Below are positions 39,121 to 50,820 of a stretch of DNA of 57,392 nt, piece by piece. Position 1 is the stretch's first letter; each line of letters begins with the position of its first letter. A model generated the notes under the pieces. That model was not told where the DNA came from. It did not search any database and saw only the letters and a program-made list of their open reading frames with translations. The position numbers were made by a program, and so were the translations under genes. The DNA lies in the NCBI GenBank assembly GCA_001938485.1, contig MQRK01226806.1:1-57392 (forward strand), in the 5' to 3' direction. This DNA is from Girardia tigrina. Taxonomy: Eukaryota.

Positions 39121-40378
39121 TTTTAATATATTTTATCAAGATAGAATATATTAAATAAAAATTTGAAAAATTCATTAAAATGTTTTAGTCATCAAAAATG
39201 CTATCAAATCACTTTAGTTCCAATTGGTTGAGGTTCCAAAGATACTGGAAGGAATCGCACATAAATTATCAATTGTAGAAGCTGCACCAACATCAAATAG
39301 TATGCTTCTGTCGATTAACTATAAATCCAATAAATAAAATTATGTAAATAAAGTCCTATAACGAAATTATAGATAAAAATAAAGCTACAAAATTGGTAGA
39401 TTAAGAAATTAGTTTGGAAGAAACATTTTTAGGATCTAAGAAACGTTAAAGCATGGGATTTGAAAAAGAAGGAAATGAAAAAGTTAAAAGTAATCTAACT
39501 GACGAAGAATTATTTAAAATGCAAATGTGAAACATTGTTGATAACAAATCTTAAACAGACTGGCGCTACAAAAAAAGTAACAACTATTTGTGATGATATT
39601 TGCTTTATATATGACCCATTCTGATTAGAGGAAGATGTGTATAAGAAGAATAAATCCCCTCCAAATTTTGCAATTAAATATAGTAGAGACCTAAATGATG
39701 TAGCAGTCATAGACTAATAAACTTTAGCAGTTGCAGATCACTGTGTTATGTAACAACTGATAAATAAATATAATCTGATATTATAACTTTTATTTTGAAC
39801 AATAAAACGGAAAGTGGATAAAAGAAGTCAAACGAAACAATCAATTTGTCGTTGGTGAAAGGAAACGGGAATATGTTGGGAAGTATATAACAAAACGAAA
39901 AGTTCTTACTAGAGACGTTAATCAATATAAAATAATCAGTGTAGAATAAAATTGAATGGACGAAGTTTTGATCTTGGAATTATTTGATTGACACGATTAT
40001 GGATTGAATTAATTTTATCTGGATCTTCGAATCTAAGTTGTTATCTCTTCAAAGTTTTGAGTTGGAAAGATGATAGACGAAATTGTAACTTGATTGTGAT
40101 ATAAATTTAATGTGGTAGAAATTTTTGAGATAAACGTTCAATGGACTTCTGACTTGATGGGATTGTCAATTAGAATTTATTTTGGAAAACCGATGATTAA
40201 TGTCCTGGGAAGATACAATCCAAATTGTATTAATAAATCAGGAAAAGAAATCTCGACAATAAACTCGTGGTAAATAATTATGCTAATTTATTGATTTTTT
40301 TATTAATTGTTTTAAACAACTATAATATAATAAATAATATTCATTATATATTAATAAATTTATATGTATATATAAATG

Positions 40379-40379
<1 letters not shown>

Positions 40380-40423
<44 letters not shown>
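40380..40423. repeat. (TA)n microsatellite
   Basis: Direct reading. Confidence 0.95.
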
Positions 40424-40425
<2 letters not shown>

Positions 40426-40484
40426 TTTATATAAATAATTATATAGAAAAGTAGTGATATACACACTGATATGATAAAATGGAC

Positions 40485-40790
40485 TGGGCATGAGTGTTTT
40501 GGGTCACTAATTGATCTAGGAGAATCAATCTTCTATGTGTCAATTTTGATGGTTGCGGATGAAATATTTGAGTTGAAATGGAGTACTAGAGATACTTTTT
40601 TAAACAGAGAGGACTTCGACAATCATATGGTGAATTTTGTTGTTCAGAAGATGAAAATAAAGCCCAAAAAGAAAAAAATGATAATAAATTGGCATATCAG
40701 CGGTTGTGTACGGTGTTCATGAAAACCAAGCAAACGCTTAGCTTGGATGCTCCACTCAACTTCGAGATCAACTAACTTTATGAGGGAATT
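40485..40790 (+). pseudogene. hsp70: HSP70 ATPase-domain pseudogene fragment
   Basis: DLGESIFYVSILMVADEIFELKWSTRDTFLNREDFDNHMVNFVVQKMK aligns with HSP70 [48 protein letters not shown]; the key glycines are lost. Confidence 0.85.
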
Positions 40791-41561
40791 TTCATGTATA
40801 CAATTGAATGCTCGGGATGTCAAAAGGTACCCGTTGCACGGAGGTGAAAGCATCCATCGATTCTACATCTTGCCACACTCAGTTTAACCATATTTAAGAA
40901 TTTTATGTGCCGTGAATTGCATGAGTTTGACAGTAATAAAGGTGTCCACTTATTTTATAAGTTTCTCCAACTTCTGGATTACAAAAAATATAATTCGTCA
41001 TGAGGATAAAATAAATTGATAAAATATTTCTTCGTAAGACGAACTTTATTTTTTAATACTCGATATTTCTGCTATGTTAACCAATGTTAACGACTGCAGC
41101 TTCAAATATTATTACACCACTTTAGATACATTATTCAATTAGAAACGAGTTTTAAAAAATATTATTTGAGATTCAAAAGCGAGTTCTAAAGCAAATAGTA
41201 CATCGTTATCTGATTTACGTTGCTTGATAATTAATATATAGGTACAAAAATGGTACATTCATTGGGAAAATTAGAGTTACAATTGGAAAAATTCCTTACA
41301 ATACAAATGAAAATATTAATAAACATTGTAAGAGATTCGATAATTTAAATAACTGAAGTATATATTTCGATGCCAGTTCTAATAGTATCATTTATGTTTC
41401 CTTTTGTAACTAGTTGTTAGGAGTAAAGGAGTACTAAATCAACGATATACCAACGATGGAGTCGGAAACCCTTTAAAATTGTTAATTATGAGATTAACTC
41501 TTGAGGAAACTAGTTGGTTTATTTTTATCCTATAATTATGTGTTTAGAAACAATTAATATA

Positions 41562-42877
41562 CAGGGTGATCATAAAGTAACTACCGGGTTTTAAACTGCA
41601 ATAAATTTTGAATTATATTTTATTTCCTTTTAAGTATAAAGTCATCTTAGAGCTTATTCTTTAAAATTTAATTAAAAGTACATTTTGTTTAAATGCATTA
41701 ATTTTTGTTATTGTGTTAAGTGTAAGATTCAAAATGGATGTAAATCAGCGTGTAAAATTTTTTATTTTATTTGCGAAGCATGAGTCAGTGACCTTGGTAA
41801 GAAGAGAACTTCAACGACTTAAATGGAAAAAAATATTCCAACCGAAAAAAAGTATTAAAAGCATCTTCAAAAAGTTAAAAGAAACAGGAAACGTTCTAAA
41901 TGCCCCAAAATCTGGAAGACCACCAATTGATGATGAAAAGAAAAATGAGATAGTAGAACATTTTAAGCAAGAACCCCAGTATTCTATCTGGAAATCGTTG
42001 TCAACTCTAAATTGCTCTTATGGAACTGTTCAAAAAGTATTTCGAAACGACTTTAAAATGTTCCCCTACAGAATTCAAGCCACGCAACTTTTGTATGAAG
42101 AAGATTGTGCTCTTAGACGTGTTATATGTGAAACGTTAATTCAATTGATAGATGCAGATGAAAATTTTCTTAGTAACCTGATATTCTCTGATGAGTCAAC
42201 TTTCCATCTTAACGACATTGTAAACAGACATAACTATCGCATTTGGGGCACTGAAACACCAACCGAAACATATCAGAGGTCACAGGCTAGTGAAAAAGTT
42301 AATGTTTGGATGGGATTGTCTTCAACTCGTGTTTATGGGCCCTTTTTTATTGAAGGAAACATAACAGCGGCGCTTCACCTGGATATGTTAAAACGTTGCT
42401 TTATGCCATCATTATCAAGAACATGCAAACGGAAAGCTATATTCCAGCAAGATGGAGCACCTGCTCATTATTCACTGATTGTGCGACAATTTCTGAATGA
42501 AATTGTTGGGTGGGACGATGTGGTCTATATGTATGGCCGACCAGGTCACCTGATTTGACACAACTCGATTTTTTTGTGTGAGGGTATTTGAAGAATGAAG
42601 TGTATAAGAGAAAACCAGAAAAAATTCAGCAACTTCAAGATTTTATTTGTCAAGAAGCAGCAAAAATAGATGTGAAATGAGCCAAAATGCATGGACGTTT
42701 TTTAGGTCTTTTCATTGTTTAAGTCTTAAACATTGTTTTGGTGTCGATGGTTATTCTGTTGGATATTATTAAATTTTAATAAATGGTTTTTTGTTATTTA
42801 AAACTATTTTTTCATAATGTTTTGACAAAAAAAGTTATTTCAGTTTAAAACCCGGTAGTTACTTTATGATCACATTG
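41562..42877 (+). mobile_element. Full-length Tc1/maT (DD37D-like) element; ORF from ATG 41734, frameshifted near the C-terminus
   Basis: Long TIRs CAGGGTGATCATAAAGTAACTACCGGGTTTTAAACTG / CAGTTTAAAACCCGGTAGTTACTTTATGATCACATTG with TA; FSDESTFHL, FQQDGAPAH, WP.RSPDLT.LDFF. Confidence 0.95.
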
Positions 42878-45312
42878 TATATTAAGGTGTCATGACTGTA
42901 TATTGTTCGGAACATTCTGGGTTGCTCAGAGCAATAAAACACGTAAATTAAGTAATCAATATAAATTATTAATCCGACAAGATCAAATTAGCCATTGTAA
43001 ATCAATGAATTCATTAAACAGTATTTATTAGTAATTCTATACAGAAATCATAATTAATTATTAGCGGATTGCTTTGTCGATTACTCGCACCAGAAACCCG
43101 TCCACCGACCGAACAGCAACGTCTTCGAAACCTCTGCGGGAAGACATCGATCTCAAACTTCTACTCGGAGCTCGGCACTGACTGGAGAATCAGTCTTCAG
43201 ATGAACAGTGGATTTATCTGACTACGCAATAACGACATCGCGCTCTCCACACGTTATTGATCGTATCGCATTTTCTTGATTCATCAGGGGGTTCACGACA
43301 AAATCTATTATACGATATGGACAAGAACGACGGCGGTGACAGTTCTGACGATGAAAAATTAAACGATCAAATGGACAACGCAGTAAATTCTAAAGGTGCA
43401 TAATCAAATAAATAAGTGCTGAGAAACAAAAGTATATTAAATAGTAAGATAAATTACACATACAATATATGTACATAAAAAATATAAGCAAATATAAAAA
43501 TTACATCGCAATAATTCTCGGTTCTCGTCAGAATGCGCGGTTGTAATGAATTCGTCTATTGATTCTCCCAAGGTATCTGTCTCTGTTCGTCTTCCTCTGA
43601 TGATTGCTCAAAGGTGTTTCGTCGGAGATGCTTCTTCAGACTATCGTCGGAAAAGGTGCTTGAGAATTTGTTCAAATGCGATTAATTTCGTAGAAAATCA
43701 AACGTTTTTTTTAAATTGTTCTGCTTGTAATGAAAAAATTTGATATATTTATAATTCCTTGAATGTGTTTGTCCCTCCTGTAAAACTTCCATCGGCCAAT
43801 CACAATCCTCCACATGTTCCTGCTATTGGTGGTTTCTAGTTACTCTCCGAGTGAGTTGGGGTTAACATTGATTATTCATGATTATTCATGAAAGTCTTAG
43901 TCTGTTTTTGAGTCACCAAAGGTTTGTTTATTAATTTATTATATTTAATTAATTTCTTTTGTGTTTTCAGGGGTCAATATCTTTGCATGGGATGGGCCGA
44001 TCTCTTCACGGGTCCCACACAGCGATTGCTTTTCTTGAGATCTTCACGGAGAGGGTCGGATGGTTGTCTACGAGCAACGGAAGGCTCGGTAACGGTCTTG
44101 TTGTTTTTTTGTCGTAATATTAATTAATTTTTAATTCTTCATGGGTCGACAACCCCCACAAGACGATCCCATCTCGGGACGAGACATAGCTATGGATGGG
44201 GGTAGACAGGATCTTTAGCTAAGTGGTTTGTTGATTGAATTCCGCGAAGGGAAAAGTGTTGTAATTGTTTTTATTCTTTGGAGATGTTTTCTAATTAATT
44301 TATATATTTCTTTAAAAGTTAATATCTCTTCTCTGGTAGATCAGATATTGGCGTACGGGATCGTCACTAATGGCTTTCTTCAAGATCTACACGGAGGGGG
44401 TCAGTTGCACAATTTCGCTTGTCAGGTACGTTTGGCATAGCTTTTTCGAATTCTGGTTTATTTGTGTGGTTGTAAAGGGCGACAGGAATGTCTCGTCGGT
44501 AATGAAGGGGTATCAATCGGTGTAGAACTCTTTCAACGACTCTTGATCTGCTACCAGCTGTTATTTTTTTCTGGTTTAATATATGTATTTTGTCATATCT
44601 GGTCTCATTTATTTATTGATATATTTGTTTTTTTACTTTTTAACATTTCCTTTGATAAATAAATGTTATTTGTTCTATCCAACATTTAATTTTTGGTAAG
44701 TTATTTTTTGACAAATTACTGACCGCAACAAAGGGGTCTTTCTTAATACAGAAGAAAAGCATTTTCAAGCGATTTTAGGTCTGAGCCCAAAAGAAGTTTT
44801 CTTGTCGTTTAGGAAGTACACACACTTAATTTGGTTAAATTATATTTATATTAAGATGTCACTGAGGGCATCATAAGAAAATCAGTTTAGTTTAGGCTTG
44901 TTTAAAAAAATGATTGTTGTCCATGTTTTGATGTTTCAGACGTCATAATGGACAAATAAAATCGATTAATAAAAATTTTTAATGTTAAAAAATATAGATC
45001 AGTACTCACTGCGATGAGTGACGTACAGTGCATTTTCTAAATAGTTTTTTACTGCTAATATTATATTATACTGCGAATGGTATAGTATTCTGCGAAGGGT
45101 TTTTTATACTGTGATTGATATTTTATACTGCGAATAGGTCTATGAAATGGTTAATATCATAGAGACATTAGTATTTTACAAAACTCCAGTTTAATAAAAT
45201 ACAAAAGTTTTTTTAAATGTTCAACCTGAAATAAAACTTTGACAAAAAAACACAAATTTTGATTTATTAATTTTTTATTTTTCCTTTTCTTTTTACAAAT
45301 ACATTTGTTAAT

Positions 45313-45583
45313 AACTAGACATCGGAAACTTTTACAACAAACGGCTTATGATAGCAGACGTAGCACTCGTAGATGAAGACTTCTATCCGATATTTCTTTC
45401 ATCTCCCGAAAACTGAAAAAAACTGTAAGGATTGCTGTTGACGAGACCTATCAAAAAATATATAGTTTATGTGGTCTTGGGCGCACCCGGTACCCGTAAT
45501 TTACTGTGATAAAACATACATACATATACGGACATGATGAATACAATAGCGCATTTTTGTCATATGAGAAAATGCGCTAAAAA
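45313..45583 (+). mobile_element. DINE-1/HINE-like non-autonomous Helentron derivative
   Basis: Shared core (45441-45475), short (TACA)n tract, terminal hairpin TAGCGCATTTT-n11-AAAATGCGCTA followed by an A run. Confidence 0.6.
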
Positions 45584-48089
45584 GAAAAATAATTTAATTA
45601 AGCACATTATTTTCATTTTATAAACATATTATTGGATATTAATGGAAAATTTTTATTTAATTAATTAAATATCTTGAAAGTTGAGACGGTTTTACTTTGA
45701 CCATTGCAACTACATCTATCTGAATAAAATGGCACAATTTTGTTTATTATCTCATATACAGAGTAAAAAGTATTCTCAAAAAATTTAAATTTTAATTAAT
45801 AACTGATAGGAATGTCTTTTGAATAATGTGAATCAAAAACCTTTTGTAAAAAAGAAAACTCCTTCTTTAAAATAGAAAAGAACTTCTATTTTCAAATCCA
45901 TCCAAGGATCAAGAACCTTACTTGATAAACTCGGTTTTGAAAACTCATTATTTCTGGATTTTAGATGAAGAATTCTCTTTCTAATGTATGAGTTTTTACA
46001 AGCATGACAAATATATTTAAAAACAAAATTATCTTACAATCAACAAATAGTTTTCGATTTATTAGGAAAGAAACTTTGAACTTTGGATATCATTAAAACC
46101 ATTTTAAACTATCTATTTTATTAGTAATATTAGCTGGAGCATTTGAACTGCGTCGTACAGTACGAAAGACATAAAGAGATATTCAAAAAGACCAAAAGAA
46201 AGGGTTATAAGGGTTTTTTGAATATCTTCTTTTGCAACAGGAATCTGGTGTTATGTTTTCTCGTGATTGATTGCGGAATAAATTTTTGCATCTAGTAGAC
46301 AATGTAATATTTCTATATTTATAAACATGTACACTATAAAATGTGAACATAAAATGCGTAATAAGCATTTTTAAATACACAAATTCTAAATGTGACGTGC
46401 AGATTTTCATCAAATCGAGTAAAAAAACTGTTAATAATAAATAATTACAATTTATAATATTGATACAATGTCAAGCAAAAAAATCTACTAAGTAACACAC
46501 AAAAATGGAATTATTGAAACACAACATGTGTGTAGCCAATCAATAACCAATGTCGAGTGTGTGGTGCCATACGTTTCTTCCTTTTGCATTCAGTAACAAG
46601 GGCGATTTCGGAACTTGAAAGACATTTGATCGTGTTCATTTGCAAATTTACAGGGCCAGTTAAGCTTATTTGGGTAAGATAGTAACCATTCATCAGCATT
46701 AGAAGGAAGTTATTGATGGGGTTCGTATCAATAAACAATACGTAGGCATAAAAAATCAATTAAAAATTTAATTTCTATGTACATAATAAATAAAAAGTCA
46801 ACTTGAGATGGCCACATAACTATCGAATAATTAAATTAGTTTTTATTTAAGTTATAACAAATGGGTTAAATGGGATCATAACGTTTTAATTTTATCGACC
46901 CTTTAATTTTTAAGATGTTAGAAAACAATTTTATTCTATTATATTATTATAATATATATTTTCATTATTTTAATATTTCAAATAAAATTAATTGTGAATG
47001 AAAATCGTTTTGTATAACAAAAAGAAACCCGAATGAATAATTCCAAATAAATTCCTCGAAATATTAAAAATTTCAAAAATAATTTTCAATTTGTTTATTC
47101 AGTCAACAATAGATTCGATTAAAACAAAAAAAAAGAAAAATGATGGCAAAGAAAATATCGAACCATCTGGTGGAGTTTGAGTCAACAGAGAAGTCCTAAT
47201 GTTGGGGAATTTCTATTTTTTATCGGTTTTGATAAATTATGACAGTTTCTGTTGGCAACGGAATAAATTATTAGCTTCAAGAAAATTGAAATGCACTTGT
47301 AAATTATTGATTAGTTTTTGTTGCACAAACGATTATTTTTAGTGAGAATGAGACCGCCAGGAACACCTGATACCAGGCAATTACAGAGTGTTCGGTATGG
47401 GGAATGCGCGCTGAATGGATTGAGGTAAGTCAACACATGATTTGTTAGCTTGGCTGGTGTGTCTTGCTGGGATTATGTTGCTGGAGTGTCTGTGAGGCAC
47501 TGAGTACTAGGAACAATTGAGCCATCTGGTGCTATTCTCAGACAGCATGTCATGCTAACAGCAGTGGCTTAATACGGGCTCGTTTCGTAGAATTATACCT
47601 AATTGAAGATATGCTAATAAATGAAGAAAAAATATTCAAGAGAAAACAAATAGAATTAAAATTTAGAATTAAAATAGAAAATTTTTACATATATTGTTAA
47701 ATTTTGAAAAGATATATTGTATTAAATTGAAAAGAATTTGGTTTAGGAATAAAGAACTTGATGATTATAAATTGACAAGAAACACTGTTAGATACTATTG
47801 TTAATTCAGCAACTCCACGATCTGTAAATGTAACTATCAAAAAGGTCTACCCTTCTCGACTTTCTTAACCCTTTCGTCAAGAATCTTATTTGAAACTTTT
47901 TCACTAGAAAGGATTTCTGTTAAATGGTTGAAGATTATGAAGTTAATCAATGTTCTAAACATAGATTGACATTAATATCATCGACATATACTTTCATTCA
48001 AAGTTTTTTCAATGAAATTAATTTAATATATAATTTATCATTTTACTTTAATTTCCATTATTTAAGAAAAAATAATACAAATGTTTTCC

Positions 48090-48440
48090 AGTATGAGGGG
48101 TTAATTTAAATTTACATCTCGCCAGAATAGTTTATTATTTTTTTTAATTTAAATTTTATTTTAATGTTAAAATGCGTATTAAATATTTTAAAAAAATGAA
48201 AAAAGGATATAATAAAACAACTATTAAAAAAACAAATACGTACTTAAAAATAAAATATGTTTTTAATATGTTTTTTAAAAATATTTCAAAAATTAAAAAT
48301 GATATAATAAAAGAAAATCTTAAAAAATTAAATATCTATTTAAAAATAAAAAATATCTTTTTAATGTGTCTATTAAATATCATAAAATTAAAAATGATAA
48401 GAAAACCATTAAATATTAAATATTTGTTTTATAAATAAAA
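48090..48440 (+). mobile_element. Penelope ORF N-terminal fragment
   Basis: TATGAGGGGTTAATTTAAATTTACATCTCGCCAGAATAG... is closely similar to 55003-55138 at the front of the Penelope ORF. A more diverged copy is at ~24050-24140 on the minus strand. Confidence 0.65.
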
Positions 48441-48689
48441 AATATTTTTACAGTCATAACAATTTATATATTTTAATAGAAATTATGAAACAATTTTAAA
48501 TAAATTTGAAAATAAATTTTTAGTTAAAATGTGAAGATTATTTAATAAATTTGCAAAATTTTAGAAATTGAATCGAAAAATTTAATAGATTAAATCGTGA
48601 CGGGAAAATTAAATTAACAGAAAAATTTGTTTAAATGTGTGAATTTTGTTATAGTAATAAATTTTGGTGTTAAAAAAATGAATCCTGAT

Positions 48690-49480
48690 ATTGAGGTTGC
48701 AACCACTTCTCACATCCAGAAAGTTCAATATGATCTATTATGATAGAAAAGTGGTCATAAAATTCAATATCGGTATTTTATAAAATGGAAAGGGCAGAAA
48801 TTCGAAGTAATATGAAGTACGAATTCCTACGTGGAACCTAAACATCAGAAAGAATGCGAAACATCGAAAGTGTATTTGGATACAATGCTACTACGCAACA
48901 GACACGCTCAAATTGATTCAAGAAATTTGTGAAAGATAATTTTAACCTCAATAATGAGTCTCGGAGTCGCCAAGAAACACACACAGACAATGACAAACTG
49001 AAGGTTACCGTGGAATCGGATCCATATTAAAGTGCTCATGGTTTATCGCAAACGTTTTCTGTTACCAAACCAACAATATTGAATCACTTAGTTCTAATTG
49101 GTAAAGTAAGAAAGTTATATAAGTGAATTCCACATGAGTTGAATAAAAAGCAGAAACCAAAGCCTTTTTAAATAGAATCGTCACTTTTTATGACAGGTGG
49201 GTCTAATATAAAAATTACAAACGTTTAGTAAGCTGGTAGACTCGAATAAAGCACCAAAACACAGTTCAAAGCACAACATTCCTCAAAAGAAGTTAATGAT
49301 GAGAATTTGGTGGCCTACCATAGGTATAATACATTATGACTTCATGAAACCTGGTTTGTCGATCACAGCAGTTGTCTACTAAAACCAATTGGAAGATTGA
49401 TGCAGAAACTGAAAGAAAACAGTCGCGTTTGGTCAGCAGGGCGACTCCAATCTTGCTCCACGATAATGCTGTGCATCTTA
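48690..49480 (+). mobile_element. Highly degenerate mariner
   Basis: Decayed (W)IPHEL, IIHYDFMKPG and ILLHDNA motifs. Confidence 0.7.
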
Positions 49481-49869
49481 ATCTATGGCTCTTTTGTCCA
49501 TACAATAAATAAATATATTTTCTTTAAAAATAACAGTCGGTTGCTTGGTACCAGAACCGTTTGGAGAGGATTTTTTAACCTATCATCTCCAAATGATTGG
49601 CCCCGGGCAACCTTATAGAAATAAAAATATTTAAATAATACTTAAAATAATTTACATAAATTACATTACTTAAAAAATAATAAATCAAAAAATCATTAAA
49701 AGAATAAAAATATAAAAAATGTAAATAAATGATCTACCTAGATAGATACCAGAATTCCATATGAATCTCAAAAATGCATTCTTGACATGCCTCTCTTCAA
49801 CTACTGTATTTCCTGCTCGATTGGAAGGATATTAAATAATAAAAGTTCAAGAGATCAAGATTCTAACTA

Positions 49870-50820
49870 TTGGGTTGTTGCATAAGTTCCCGCAGTTACA
49901 CGAAACTATTTGTTCTGCAAAGACTTTTTGATGTTTGGCGAAGTGTTATATACCATTAGAAAGCCAGTGCTGTGCTCTACAACATTCAAGTAATTGTATT
50001 TGCCTATACTATTTTTTCGTCTTTTTTTAGAACCGTCAAATGGATTGTCAAGTCGACAAAAAATCGCATTTTCGACACCTCCTTCTTTTCGCCTTTAATC
50101 GAGGTCAAAAAGCGAGTGAAGCTACCAGAAATATTTGTGCCGTGTATGGAGAGGATGCTATAGCTGAAAGAACTGCTCGGGATTGGTTTGCCAGGTTTAA
50201 ACATCTTAATTGCGACCTCAACGACGCTCCTCGTTCCGGAAGACCAGTCGAGATGGACAAGGACCAACTCAGGATCTTTTGAAGGAAGATGGCCGCCAGA
50301 TATGCAGAGAATTGGCCGAAAAGATGAATTGTGATTTTGCGACAATTTCACGGCATCTTCAGTCGATGGGTTTCACTCAAAAGCTTGGAGCTTGGGTCCC
50401 GCACGAACTCACCCAAAAACAGAAGGATAAGCGGTTTTCCATTGCAGCTCAAAATATCGCTCGACACCAAGGAACTCATGGCCACAGGCAACGTTTCTTA
50501 TACAGAATCGTCACTGGAGACAAGAAATGGTGTCTCTTTGTGAATATGAAGCAAAGGAAAGAGTGGGTGAGTCCTGGAGAGAAACCTAAGCCTATGATCG
50601 AGAAAGACTTGCACCCGATGAAGACAATGATTTGCGTATGGTGGAATTGGGAAGGTCTAATTCACTAGAAAATGCTTAGAAAGAACATGACAGTAGAAAA
50701 GAATCTCTATAAAGCCCAATTGCGTCGAGTCAATGAGGCAATTCAACAAAAAAGACCCGATCGACAAGACCAGATGATCCTCCTCCATGACAATGCTCGA
50801 CCAGACATCGCAAAACTGTC
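49870..50820 (+). mobile_element. Mariner, 3'-truncated
   Basis: TA-TTGGGTTGTTGCATAAGTT terminus; HFRHLLLFAFNRGQKA, DAPRSGRP, WVPHEL, TGDKKW, LLHDNARP. A separate HAPYSPDL fragment lies at ~51080. Confidence 0.9.

Noticed and set aside
42888-42979. TG...CA segment with AATAAA resembling a tiny solo LTR
   Set aside because: No matching TSD, partner LTR, PBS or PPT.
44341-44560. Minus-strand reading faintly like a tyrosine recombinase (QLTPSV*ILKKAIS)
   Set aside because: No catalytic R-H-R-Y pattern is recoverable, and splice signals favour the plus strand.
45055-45140. Short spaced repeats TATACTGCGAA, superficially CRISPR-like
   Set aside because: Units are ~20 bp degenerate tandem repeats in a eukaryotic context with no cas genes; likely MITE subterminal repeats.
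48172-48438. Lys/Ile/Asn-rich 88-aa ORF as a host gene
   Set aside because: AT-bias product overlapping a Penelope N-terminal fragment; similar small AT-rich ORFs elsewhere were also ignored.
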